Sequence record: PP968062.1
Strand: one strand, 5' to 3'
DNA: 64,000 nt
Part shown: piece by piece, positions 29,184 to 38,694 of the stretch
Layout of the letters: the number at the start of each line of letters is the position of its first letter
Position numbering within the stretch: the first letter of the stretch is position 1
Translations under genes and position numbers: made by a program
Notes under the pieces: generated by a model
Told to the model about the DNA's origin: nothing
Database searches by the model: none
The model's input: only the letters and a program-made list of their open reading frames with translations

Positions 29184-29600
29184 TTAAGCAGTTTTGGGGA
29201 TACGACCGATGCTGATGCTACGGAGCATGCCATAAACACGTCCATTAGCCAGATCCATTTTACCATTACAGAAACGATCGGTCTTGACTTCCCAACCGAT
29301 ACCTTGAAGGAACTTAGCAACAGCTGCACTACGAGAAATGCCTGCTTCACAATGAACGATTAGAGTTTCACCATCGGGAACCTTATCAATGAAGGTAAGG
29401 ATCTTATCGGCATGAACGTAATCGAACATCTGATAGCGATTGTCCACGTAGTCTTCGACATCATCAAAGATCAACACGAGGATGTCTTTATGTTCACGAA
29501 CGAACTTCACCTCTTGTCCAGGACAACGGATAGAGATGATGTAGCTTTCTTCGGTTAGAGCCTGAGCAGCTAAACGAGAATAGAACTTAACCTTCTTCAT
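29184..29600 (-). CDS. CX5R (PTP/dual-specificity) phosphatase-like protein
   Basis: LIVHCEAGISRSAAVA P-loop and upstream FDDV general-acid loop. ATG at 29600 overlaps the upstream TGA. Confidence 0.88.
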   Translation of the reverse strand: MKKVKFYSRLAAQALTEESYIISIRCPGQEVKFVREHKDILVLIFDDVEDYVDNRYQMFDYVHADKILTFIDKVPDGETLIVHCEAGISRSAAVAKFLQGIGWEVKTDRFCNGKMDLANGRVYGMLRSISIGRIPKTA

Positions 29601-30403
29601 ACGTCTACCTTTCGATGTAACATCAGACGAGTCCAGGAAGCCGAACCCTGACCAGTAACAGCTGTGGATACACCGCTCCAACCTTGCTCACTGAGCTCAG
29701 CGTGGAGCTCATGCATTACCTCGACGTGGATAACGCCATTAATACCGAACTCGTAAACCAGGTGTTGTTTCTTTTGACGGACAGCATGTTGACCAGCAGC
29801 TCGCACCTTCTCGGCGTTCTGCCATTCGTACGTACGAAGCATAGTCAGAACATCGTCTTTGGTGAGGATGGTGAATCCTTCAAAGAAGTCAGGTCTGATA
29901 CCTTTATTCAGCTGCTTGCTAACGGAGACATCGACTGCCTCGCTAGCCGGTATATCTAGGATAGGAGAACTGGGTTTAATGCCTTCTTCAGCGACTCGGA
30001 GAATAGAAGGATGTACATAACCATCAGTAATGGTTCCTTCTTTCTTGACTACAAAACCAGCTCGGCGTGAATCATCGTAACGTAGTTCACACGGTATGAG
30101 TTCCATCACCCATTCACCAACCCAAGCTGGGTAATCCATGTCACTGGATACAACCGCTGACTGACTTGTACGCATGATGATCTGATTGTAAGCAAGTTTG
30201 ACAAAGAAGCGAATATCGTCTTTGTCACTGTTGAACAGGAATGCCTTTCGATGGTTACGGGTAAGGTTTACACCACTCAGATCGTGAGTGACATAGAAAC
30301 GTTGTCGCTCACTGTCATCTAGAATTTGACTGAAGCAGATCACATAGAAAGCGTTGGGGTCTAGGCCTTTTAGAAGGTCAAGACCCTTTTCATTGAAACT
30401 CAT
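29597..30403 (-). CDS. hypothetical protein with a C-terminal paralog domain
   Basis: HELHAELSEQGW...WTRLMLHRK; first gene after the promoter motif at 30439. Confidence 0.7.
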   Translation of the reverse strand: MSFNEKGLDLLKGLDPNAFYVICFSQILDDSERQRFYVTHDLSGVNLTRNHRKAFLFNSDKDDIRFFVKLAYNQIIMRTSQSAVVSSDMDYPAWVGEWVMELIPCELRYDDSRRAGFVVKKEGTITDGYVHPSILRVAEEGIKPSSPILDIPASEAVDVSVSKQLNKGIRPDFFEGFTILTKDDVLTMLRTYEWQNAEKVRAAGQHAVRQKKQHLVYEFGINGVIHVEVMHELHAELSEQGWSGVSTAVTGQGSASWTRLMLHRKVDV

Positions 30404-30438
30404 TTTTATTCTCCTTTAGAAGAAAGATGTTCACTCAG

Positions 30439-30464
30439 GTAATATAGATGTAAGATATTTTTTA
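30439..30464 (-). promoter_or_regulatory. putative early promoter
   Basis: Minus strand AAAAAATATCTTACATCTATATTAC. Confidence 0.7.
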
Positions 30465-30508
30465 TTGGGCAATCTTATGAATTTCTTTTCAAACAGAGGA
30501 TTCCTAAT

Positions 30509-30655
30509 ATGTTTGAGATAATGCTAAACATCGGAACCGGTGGGAAGGACCTTAACTTTCCAGATTCAGGTCCAGGTCCCAAAAAAATTAATACAATGCG
30601 GGCAAGTAATAACGCTATTGTCTGGCGTCCTATTCTCGAAGTTGTTGGTAGTTAA
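30509..30655 (+). pseudogene. 48-aa remnant of a phiKZ-type virion structural paralog-family gene (N- and C-termini fused)
   Basis: MFEIMLNIGTGGKDLNFPDSGPGPKK...VWRPILEVVGS; GAGG SD; own terminator. Both ends resemble the PDSGPGP...WRPVLE family, with the middle missing. Confidence 0.55.
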
Positions 30656-30658
30656 CGA

Positions 30659-30688
30659 CATAAGCCCGGCTCAAGGCCGGGCGTTATG
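30659..30688. terminator. bidirectional intrinsic terminator
   Basis: CATAA-GCCCGGC-TCAAG-GCCGGGC-GTTATG. Confidence 0.8.
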
Positions 30689-30719
30689 CCTGCTTGGATT
30701 AGATAGTCCTAGCATCGTC

Positions 30720-30836
30720 GTCAAGGCACCGTAGTTAGATACTCGTCTTTGCTCCCGCAAATACTTTAACGTATCATGTTAAAGAATCGGCTGGATCACC
30801 CCCTTAAAGTGCAGCGCTATGCGCGACTGCCTTGAC
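30720..30836 (-). ncRNA. candidate structured non-coding RNA
   Basis: 9-bp closing stem GTCAAGGCA/TGCCTTGAC enclosing TTTGC-GGGA-GCAAA (GNRA loop on the minus strand), CTTTAAC-N7-GTTAAAG and GCGC-N3-GCGC hairpins; no credible ORF. Confidence 0.4.
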
Positions 30837-30920
30837 TATATCATTACAACAAGTGTATTCTTTTTCTAAATCTTACACGAAGGCCAATTCTATGAATTTA
30901 CCCCATAAGGATACAACTCC

Positions 30921-33035
30921 ATGTTAGACTCATTCCGCTCTCTGTTTGGTGGACTAACAGTTAAGGAAACTGAAACAGAGATCATCATCTCTGGAGTGAG
31001 AGGTTTTGATATTGTCCGTGATATCAGTAAGCACTGGAAGACATCCAAGATTACAACTAACCTTTTCAACTCGATCAACAGAAACTCTCTGAGCTTCTAT
31101 AAGTTCTTTGCTCCTGAAGTAATGTACATGTTGGAGAACATCGTCTACTATCGTTCTCGTTACACTTCGGTGAAAATGATTGCAGCGATCAAAGATGCTC
31201 TACTCCAAAACACTTGGTTAGCCTCTACTAAAGTAGTAGATAAGAACTCCGTACCAGGACGTTTGAACTTTGCTAATCTGACTCGACTCAAATTCGATCC
31301 GAAACCGTATCAATTAGAGTATTTCAAGAACTATACCTATCGACTAGATCAATACAATCTAAATGGCGATTTAATTGCCGCGGCGGCCGGTACGGGTAAG
31401 ACATATCTTACTTCAGCTATTGCTGAGATGCTTGATGCAGAACTCATTGTTGTAATGTGTCCTAAGAATGCTCTGGATCTTGTCTGGTTAGATTCTCTAA
31501 AAGAGATGTTTCATAAGCCGCAAACAGTTTGGCACACCTTCGAACCCAATATGTCTTATAAAGGGCAACGTTGGATTGTTTGCCATTATGATGCAATGGA
31601 TAAAGTTGTAGAGCTTCTGAGAAATCGTAATGTGGTTGGGACTAAACGTACTGTGACGATTCTTGATGAATCACACAACATGAACGACCCGAACTCAACA
31701 CGGACTAAACTTTATCAACTGATCGTTAAGATGGTTGGTTCTCGTAACAACTTGCTGGCTTCCGGTACTCCGGTTAAAGCTCTGGGCGTAGAACTGATCA
31801 ACCTGCTTCGTATTGTGGATCCTCTGTTCACTCCTCAAGTAGAAGAACGTTTCCGGAAGATGTATGGTAAAGAGGCTTCTAAAGGTCTCGACATTATCCG
31901 ACATCGTCTGGGTCTGGTTTCTTACAAAGTAGAGAAACAAGAACTCGATCTGCAACCTCCGATCATGCGTCCTTATCCCATCAAGATTCCGAATGGAGAT
32001 GACTTCACTCTTCCTACTATCCGCAAGGTGATGGAGGAATTCATTCGTGAACGCTGGGCTTATTATAAGAAGCGGAGACCTGAAGATGACAAGTTCTGGA
32101 ACGAACTCTGTAACCTCCACAGAAAGACCCTCCGAACCTCAGAGCAAGAACGTGCCTTCAAGTCCTACTTGGATTTGGTCAAGTATGTTCAACAGATCCC
32201 TGATCCGCGCTTTGCAGGAGAGGAAATCAAAGCAACGAACCAATACGAGAAATTAGTATTTGGTCCGTCGTTGCCGAAACATTTGATTCATCAATTCCGT
32301 GATGTCAAATCGATTATCAAGTATACCAACCTGAAGATCCAAGGTGAATGCCTAGGTCGTGTACTGGGTGGTAAACGAATCGAATGTCACGTTGCAATGG
32401 TTCCGTATGTCGACTGGGTAGGGATTACTGAATCCACTCACAAGAAGACAATCATGTTCACTAGCTTTGTAGAGGCGGTAGAGCTCGCTGACGCACATTG
32501 CGTTAAGTTGGGTATGAAGCCATTAGCTGTGTACGGAAAGACCACCAACGAGCTTGCAGGCATCGTTAAACGGTTTGATTCCAGTAAGGAACTGAATCCA
32601 CTCAACGCTACTTATGCTTCTCTGTCCACTGCTGTCCGTCTAACCATGGCTGACACACTAATCCTGCTGAATAGTCCATTCCGTGCTTACATTCTGGAGC
32701 AGGCTATTTCCCGTGCTTATCGCTTGGGTCAGGATTCTCAAGTTGTTGTTTACCAGTGCACACTCGATACTGGAGAGATCCCTAACATTTCTACTCGTTC
32801 GGCTGATATCCTTAAATGGAGTCAGGATCAGGTAGAGGCTATCATGGGTATCAAGTCTCCGTTTGAAATCGGTGAGGCAATGGAAGACTATGGTGATCAG
32901 ACAGAGTTTGACGAGAACAAAGTAATGCACCGCGTTCTTCAGAAAGCGTTTGAACAATTCGATATTGAGATTTCGTTGGCTGACTTCGAGATCCCACCTA
33001 AACCCAAATCTAATGTTCCCGCTTATCTGCGGTGA
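30921..33035 (+). CDS. SF2 (SNF2/DEAD-like) helicase, phiKZ gp203-like
   Basis: AAAGTGKT, ILDESHN, SGTP, QAISRAYRLGQ; syntenic position between tmk and dcd. Confidence 0.9.
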   Translation: MLDSFRSLFGGLTVKETETEIIISGVRGFDIVRDISKHWKTSKITTNLFNSINRNSLSFYKFFAPEVMYMLENIVYYRSRYTSVKMIAAIKDALLQNTWLASTKVVDKNSVPGRLNFANLTRLKFDPKPYQLEYFKNYTYRLDQYNLNGDLIAAAAGTGKTYLTSAIAEMLDAELIVVMCPKNALDLVWLDSLKEMFHKPQTVWHTFEPNMSYKGQRWIVCHYDAMDKVVELLRNRNVVGTKRTVTILDESHNMNDPNSTRTKLYQLIVKMVGSRNNLLASGTPVKALGVELINLLRIVDPLFTPQVEERFRKMYGKEASKGLDIIRHRLGLVSYKVEKQELDLQPPIMRPYPIKIPNGDDFTLPTIRKVMEEFIRERWAYYKKRRPEDDKFWNELCNLHRKTLRTSEQERAFKSYLDLVKYVQQIPDPRFAGEEIKATNQYEKLVFGPSLPKHLIHQFRDVKSIIKYTNLKIQGECLGRVLGGKRIECHVAMVPYVDWVGITESTHKKTIMFTSFVEAVELADAHCVKLGMKPLAVYGKTTNELAGIVKRFDSSKELNPLNATYASLSTAVRLTMADTLILLNSPFRAYILEQAISRAYRLGQDSQVVVYQCTLDTGEIPNISTRSADILKWSQDQVEAIMGIKSPFEIGEAMEDYGDQTEFDENKVMHRVLQKAFEQFDIEISLADFEIPPKPKSNVPAYLR

Positions 33036-33047
33036 TTGGAGTTAACA

Positions 33048-33437
33048 ATGAGTGATACAAACAAGGGCATGATTGCCGCTATCAACAAATACCTGCAAAA
33101 GGTTGAAGACCTGATTAAAGGTGGCGGTTCTGGTGGCAGTGGTGGTGCAGCGGCCATCATCTACGAGAGTACGACGGTACAGGCAGGCGGAACTATGACG
33201 TATGATCTTGTTCCTTTGATCCCAGCTGGTTCAGAGGTACCCCGCGCAGCGTCTGTCGAAGTAAAGATTAGAGATACTGTAACCGGTTCTCTCACCAAAG
33301 ATTGCTACATCGACGCATCTGCTGTATTAACCTGGGGTATTAAAGATGATGGTACGTTAGTTATTGCTAACCCGTCGTCTGCCACTGTTGAATACATTGT
33401 CATTGTCAGAGCACCCCATAAGAAAATCGTACCTTAA
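33048..33437 (+). CDS. putative virion/tail-associated protein
   Basis: ATG at 33048 (GGAG SD); Gly-rich linker; co-transcribed with the large tail-like gene. Confidence 0.55.
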   Translation: MSDTNKGMIAAINKYLQKVEDLIKGGGSGGSGGAAAIIYESTTVQAGGTMTYDLVPLIPAGSEVPRAASVEVKIRDTVTGSLTKDCYIDASAVLTWGIKDDGTLVIANPSSATVEYIVIVRAPHKKIVP

Positions 33438-33449
33438 TAGGAGCTTGAA

Positions 33450-36400
33450 ATGGCATATGCTAACCCTGACAAACAACCTGGGGCCTATCCTAGTACCCAG
33501 GTTGTAAAATGGACATTTGATTCTAATGTCGCTACTAATGGTGTCGCGTATTCTGTTAATGGTTTACCGCCAGTCGTTTCTGAGTATATCGCTTACGATT
33601 CTTTAAGCCCACCTACTCCATTCATTGCCGTTACCCAAGATGGTAACGGCAACGTTGTTTACGATGGTGGTTTTCCAAAATTCATGAATCCACAGGCAGC
33701 AAACATTTCCATGACTCAGGGAGTTCTAGATTTCTCAGCTAGACTACAACCTGATGCAAACGGTCTAAACCTTTTCTACTATGAAGTAATTAACAATAAG
33801 ACTTACATTGTTAAAAGTGGAGATGTTCTTGTCTATGATCACTATGTGTTCGATGACGCATATTTTGGTTTAGACTGTACCGTTTATGATGAAACTGGTA
33901 ATAATCCTGTTAGATTTAGGGACTACAGTCCCGTAATCAAAGACAATGGTAACCCCGCTACTGCAACACATCCAGTTATGTGTGGAGAAAGGTCAGAATG
34001 GAAAAACAAATGGGTAACACGTACAGTCCCATTGGAAGCCATTGTTGGTAAGCGGTTATCGACTTGGACTGTGGCATTTGAGAATGATGCCGACCCTACC
34101 CTTGCAAAAGAGTATCGTGGGCAACTGAGAAATGCACGGATCCTTAATGGAACAACTGTTGCTTTCGATGTCATGACAAACAGTCTTGTGGTTAACCCAA
34201 CAACACCGCAGGATTGGATAGGTAGTTGGACTGTTACCCGTAAACGTTATCTCGGTCCAGGTAAAAACCTAAACTCTAGTCAGACATATTTTAAGAACTG
34301 TCTTGACTTTATTGCTAACCCTGTAAAAGTTGCTAGTGGTAATAAAAACATTCTTGTCCTGGGTGATGCAACTACTGGTAGCTATGCACTGAAGACCGCG
34401 TTCAATGAATACATTACTAAGGTTGCAGGCGCTGGTGGCTTTACATGTACTCTGAAAGATCAAACCGATTATGGTGGAACCCATTTAAATCCAACCTTAA
34501 CGGAATTAAATAATTACGCAGGGATGGTATTTGTTGGTTCTTTAAGTGATCCGAATCAATCGGTTAACGGTAAGTTCACGCAAACTGCGATTCAGGATAT
34601 TCTTACATATCGGAAAGCTGGCAATGGTATTTTCATATTCACCGACCATGGTCCAGCTGTTAACAGTATTGAAGAAGCATATCCGGTTCCAACTGCAACT
34701 AACTGCTTCTTTGTTACTGCTAACCAGCTTTCTGTAAACTTCAACGCATATTTCAGTGGTTCTGTCAACAGATCAAATGTGAATGTTGGATTTATACGAT
34801 CGACTCATGGGGATCATGTTCTTTATAATGATCTAACCGATGGCGATTTTATCGTAGCTGGTGATAGTGAATCGAGTGTAGTCGTTAAAGAAGTTGTTTT
34901 CCAAAAGAAGGATCCAGTAACACTGACCCTCAACCCTGGAAAACATACTGTTAACTTCTTACTGAAGCTTACTAATGGCAATGTCGTTCCAATGACGTTT
35001 GTCTACTTGATCGGTGCCGGTAAGTACGTTATATTCCGGGATAACAAGGGAGTTGAAATTACACAACTACTCAATGACATTTCTGATATCGCTGATATCG
35101 TAGTTGAATTGGATGGAACAAGTGTTGGCTCCATGATGGCGGATATCTTCCGTGTAGACATAACTAAAGTAGATCCATTTAGAGATATTAAAGTAGGTAC
35201 TGTTATTTACGATCCGGCAACTGGAAGTCATCAAACAATCTATCCCGTTGATGGTATCTACGTTAACAACGCAGATCTCATTAAGGTACGTATCACTCAA
35301 CCGTTCACTTATGAAGCAACTCTTCCTGTGACTCGGTATCAACCTCCGATCGCTGGTAAATATAGTCGTGCCGAGAATACCCTTCCGTTAATGCCGCGAT
35401 ATAAGACGGGTGGTACCACTACAGAGCCAATCTACTCGGTTTCTCATATCCAAGTTCCACGGAAAATCATTGAAGAGATCCAAGTTGTTCGGCCTGTGTA
35501 CAACCTTACTTCAATCACACAGAGTGTAGCTGATCACTTCAAAAATATCATTGGTTACTTTGCTGGTGAGCTTCCTCGGAACGAAGGGCAAGCATTTGCC
35601 TATAAAACTGCTGCTGACACAAGTGCAGCGCTAGCTCGACTGTCTCCACCGACACCTAAGCAAATCTTCGATACATGGGATCGTTTCTATGCTGATGAAT
35701 ATTTCACTAAAGGTCAAGGTATCCCACCGTTCCTTCCCGATGGGACTACCCCTCATCCAGCGGGTCGTTGGTATTGGGACGATACGATCAAAGCTGCTGT
35801 AATGCCTGACAATACAAACTCCATTACTGGTTTCCTTTCAGATGAAGAACCAGAGCAATATACACTTGAAGTTACATGTCAATCTAACAATGGTGACGAC
35901 GACTTCTTGGGTGTGGTTCTGGCGTTTGTTAAAGAGGGCGATCAAAGCCATCATTTGACACTCGCATTGTCTCGTAGTAGCTCGAACGGAACTGGTCGAG
36001 GTAATGAAGCACAGAACATCATCTACGATTTGAGTATGGGTGCCAGGCAGAAGATCATTTCTGTTAACACTGGCGATTATTCTAATCAAGGTTGGAACGG
36101 TGCCTTCAAACGAGTTAAGATTATTAGGACTGGTGATATATTTAACATCAGTATCTCCAAATGGGGAATGACCGAATATGATCCAACTCTGTCCATGACA
36201 GTCGACCTGAACAGTGATCCACTATTGGCTAAGTTTAAAGGTCCTAAGAAATACGGTTACATGGCCTTCTCGCAACCGCAATCGTATTTCAAAGACATCG
36301 TTTATACTGGACTTCCACGTAACATTGTTTGCGATATGGGTTCCAATAAAGTGTATTCTTGGAATGGTACCGGTTGGGTACTAATGCAGAATACAACACC

Positions 36401-36500
36401 TAAAACGATTTACGGTGCCCCACGGGTAATCAGAAGTTTTGAGGACCCAACACAAGCTTGGAGAATTCCAGTTAATGGAATTCCAGTACCTGTGCCATAA
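33450..36500 (+). CDS. large virion structural protein, putative tail fibre/receptor-binding
   Basis: 1016 aa, beta-rich, Asn/Thr/Gly/aromatic-rich, VVYDGGFPKF motif; no enzyme motifs. Confidence 0.6.
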   Translation: MAYANPDKQPGAYPSTQVVKWTFDSNVATNGVAYSVNGLPPVVSEYIAYDSLSPPTPFIAVTQDGNGNVVYDGGFPKFMNPQAANISMTQGVLDFSARLQPDANGLNLFYYEVINNKTYIVKSGDVLVYDHYVFDDAYFGLDCTVYDETGNNPVRFRDYSPVIKDNGNPATATHPVMCGERSEWKNKWVTRTVPLEAIVGKRLSTWTVAFENDADPTLAKEYRGQLRNARILNGTTVAFDVMTNSLVVNPTTPQDWIGSWTVTRKRYLGPGKNLNSSQTYFKNCLDFIANPVKVASGNKNILVLGDATTGSYALKTAFNEYITKVAGAGGFTCTLKDQTDYGGTHLNPTLTELNNYAGMVFVGSLSDPNQSVNGKFTQTAIQDILTYRKAGNGIFIFTDHGPAVNSIEEAYPVPTATNCFFVTANQLSVNFNAYFSGSVNRSNVNVGFIRSTHGDHVLYNDLTDGDFIVAGDSESSVVVKEVVFQKKDPVTLTLNPGKHTVNFLLKLTNGNVVPMTFVYLIGAGKYVIFRDNKGVEITQLLNDISDIADIVVELDGTSVGSMMADIFRVDITKVDPFRDIKVGTVIYDPATGSHQTIYPVDGIYVNNADLIKVRITQPFTYEATLPVTRYQPPIAGKYSRAENTLPLMPRYKTGGTTTEPIYSVSHIQVPRKIIEEIQVVRPVYNLTSITQSVADHFKNIIGYFAGELPRNEGQAFAYKTAADTSAALARLSPPTPKQIFDTWDRFYADEYFTKGQGIPPFLPDGTTPHPAGRWYWDDTIKAAVMPDNTNSITGFLSDEEPEQYTLEVTCQSNNGDDDFLGVVLAFVKEGDQSHHLTLALSRSSSNGTGRGNEAQNIIYDLSMGARQKIISVNTGDYSNQGWNGAFKRVKIIRTGDIFNISISKWGMTEYDPTLSMTVDLNSDPLLAKFKGPKKYGYMAFSQPQSYFKDIVYTGLPRNIVCDMGSNKVYSWNGTGWVLMQNTTPKTIYGAPRVIRSFEDPTQAWRIPVNGIPVPVP

Positions 36501-36503
36501 CGG

Positions 36504-36534
36504 CATAAATGCCTCCCTTCGGGGAGGCTTTATG
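36504..36534. terminator. bidirectional terminator between convergent genes
   Basis: CATAAAT-GCCTCCC-TTCG-GGGAGGC-TTTATG. Confidence 0.88.
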
Positions 36535-36537
36535 TTG

Positions 36538-37233
36538 TCAACCCTTACTAACACCCCAGATGCGTTTACGCTGATCCAGAAGCAGGAATGCATTCTGTGT
36601 AAGGACCAGATGGAAACGACGCTTACGGAGAGAAGTAGCGATGGTTTCTACCACACCTTCAAAGTCAAGGTTGGTGTCAATAGCAGCTTGTTCGGTTTTA
36701 GCTTTACGGCGGTCAGATTCACGATAACGACACTTCCAAGAAGTAGTCGCAATCTCTGTACCACGTTTCACTTTAACCTGAGAACGATAGAACACTTCCA
36801 GTAGTTTAACCGCGAGTTGTTCAACGTCTTCAAGACGATCATCTGCATTGGATAGAGTCACACAAGAACTAGCCATGTGTTCATGTGTGTCTACGCTGTC
36901 GTTCAGGGCACGCATTGTAGGATCGAAGTCCAGTCGCTTAATGACGATGTTAATAGTGTCACCATCGCGACGGATCTCAATACAGCGAATGAAATCGAAC
37001 ATGTCGAATTCTTTTTCCAGGTTACGCATCAGTACAGCTAGTTGTTCAAGCGATTCTACGTCATCTGTCCCAGAGTGCTTAGTGAAAGCAAAAGTTAGAT
37101 CCGATAGAATTGTCTGTGGATAACTTGTGGAGATCAGAAGACGTAACAGAGATTCGCCTCGGCATTTACGACCGGGTTTACCCGTCATCTGTTCAAGTAC
37201 GGTTGTCATTTCTATTTGTCCAAATGGTTTCAT
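36538..37233 (-). CDS. hypothetical protein
   Basis: 231 aa, coupled to the upstream nuclease gene. Confidence 0.65.
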   Translation of the reverse strand: MKPFGQIEMTTVLEQMTGKPGRKCRGESLLRLLISTSYPQTILSDLTFAFTKHSGTDDVESLEQLAVLMRNLEKEFDMFDFIRCIEIRRDGDTINIVIKRLDFDPTMRALNDSVDTHEHMASSCVTLSNADDRLEDVEQLAVKLLEVFYRSQVKVKRGTEIATTSWKCRYRESDRRKAKTEQAAIDTNLDFEGVVETIATSLRKRRFHLVLTQNAFLLLDQRKRIWGVSKG

Positions 37234-37661
37234 GTATAGCCATTCTTCTTAAGCCAGTCCTCACGGGTCGCTCTGGCATCGAATAGCGCATTGTGCAAAA
37301 GTTTAGACCCTTTGCCACTGAGATTGTCATCAATATCGAAGGTCAGTGGTTGAATCATAATCCATTTACCTTTCTCCCCAAGCAGGGCTTTATTAAAGTA
37401 AATGACATCGTTAGGATGGTTTACGATTATGTTCATGCCAGCGAACTGAGATACGAATTTCTCAAGGCGAGTCTGGAATTCTTCAAAGCTGATTGGATCC
37501 TTTTGAAGAATAGGAATGACGTTTGCCTTTACCCAGTCGTCTTGAATATGCTTATGTTCGAGTACCTCATAGAACTCACGGTTGCCATCCTCAGATACAA
37601 TGGCAAGTGAGATCAAACTGTCTGTAGGTACGTCAAATTCTGCATCACAGAAGAAGTTCAT
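37230..37661 (-). CDS. DEDDh 3'-5' exo(ribo)nuclease, Rv2179c-like
   Basis: FFCDAEF, LISLAIV, WVKANVIP, HNALFDAR. Confidence 0.8.
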   Translation of the reverse strand: MNFFCDAEFDVPTDSLISLAIVSEDGNREFYEVLEHKHIQDDWVKANVIPILQKDPISFEEFQTRLEKFVSQFAGMNIIVNHPNDVIYFNKALLGEKGKWIMIQPLTFDIDDNLSGKGSKLLHNALFDARATREDWLKKNGYT

Positions 37662-37711
37662 AGGGAGTGAGCCTTTACGATAAGGAAGTCATAAGAATAA
37701 GGGATTTCACG

Positions 37712-37735
37712 AAATAAAAGGAGCCCGAAGGCTCC
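37712..37735 (-). terminator. intrinsic terminator
   Basis: GGAGCC-TTCG-GGCTCC followed by TTTTATTT. Confidence 0.75.
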
Positions 37736-37737
37736 AG

Positions 37738-38226
37738 TTATTTTGATAAACCACGGATATTGCGAAGGATCTGACAACTAGCAATAATCTTACCACGAGA
37801 TACCTTAGAATGATATCCCTGAGATTCCAGATACTTCTTCGGATTCTCTTCTGCAAGGGCTTGCTCTAGAATGAATGTATCAATACCGTAATTAGCTAAT
37901 ACGAACTGTGCCACCTCATGATCCCACCGCTTAGCTACAGTGGAACTAGCCTTTAGATAAACCTGAGCCAGTTGCTCAGAATAACCTAAAGCTACTAACC
38001 ACGCAATTCGACCAGCAGCATAAATAAGTCTAGTGCGTGTATTCGATGGAACTGCTACGATATACCCTGTACCAGGGGATCTTTGTTCTTCTATTGTCCT
38101 GATGTTCCAGTCATCGATCATACGAGGAATCTGCGAGAGATCATCCCCTTTACCGAAGTAACCAATAGAGAATCCCTTGGCAACTTGAACGTCAATTTCA
38201 GCAGCAGTATTTTGACTAATAACCAT
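37738..38226 (-). CDS. hypothetical protein
   Basis: 162 aa, GAGGGG SD. Confidence 0.6.
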   Translation of the reverse strand: MVISQNTAAEIDVQVAKGFSIGYFGKGDDLSQIPRMIDDWNIRTIEEQRSPGTGYIVAVPSNTRTRLIYAAGRIAWLVALGYSEQLAQVYLKASSTVAKRWDHEVAQFVLANYGIDTFILEQALAEENPKKYLESQGYHSKVSRGKIIASCQILRNIRGLSK

Positions 38227-38300
38227 CTTCCCCTCCTATAGGGGCTACGGTCTCTTCCACAACTCGAAAGCATATATCCTTATACTTTCATGAGATAAGG

Positions 38301-38325
38301 CATAAAGCCCGCCCTAAGGCGAGCT
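38301..38325 (-). terminator. intrinsic terminator
   Basis: GC hairpin followed by CTTTATG. Confidence 0.6.
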
Positions 38326-38331
38326 CTGTGC

Positions 38332-38694
38332 TTATTCAACGATCTGTTGCAGGAAGTCAAATTGGTAAGCCAAGAGGATTACCCAAAGTACCTTACACCC
38401 GATATGAATCCATTGGTCAGTATGGAATCCAATCTTACCCGCGCATTTCAGATAATCTGTAATACTGTGGGCAATTGTTTCAGCCGCACCTAGAACAAAA
38501 CTACCCGTGACTACGTATACCCAGCCACCATGGATTAAACCATGTGCAGGCAGAACGTAGGGCCAGTAGGTCTTACCTAGTTCAGTAGTGTGGTTCTTTG
38601 CAGCAGCCATGAAATCATTCTGTAATGCGTAATCGCAAACAGCATGACCGACGAGCAAAATGAAGAGCAGTTCTATAAGGGAGAGTATTTCCAT
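38332..38694 (-). CDS. DUF3307-like membrane protein
   Basis: GHAVCDYALQ, HGLIH, HSITDYLK and DQWIH His/Asp motifs within TM helices. Confidence 0.8.
   Translation of the reverse strand: MEILSLIELLFILLVGHAVCDYALQNDFMAAAKNHTTELGKTYWPYVLPAHGLIHGGWVYVVTGSFVLGAAETIAHSITDYLKCAGKIGFHTDQWIHIGCKVLWVILLAYQFDFLQQIVE

Noticed and set aside
30540-30734. 64-aa track ORF
   Set aside because: It has no SD and runs through the terminator; the 30509 frame has the SD and the family-like motifs.
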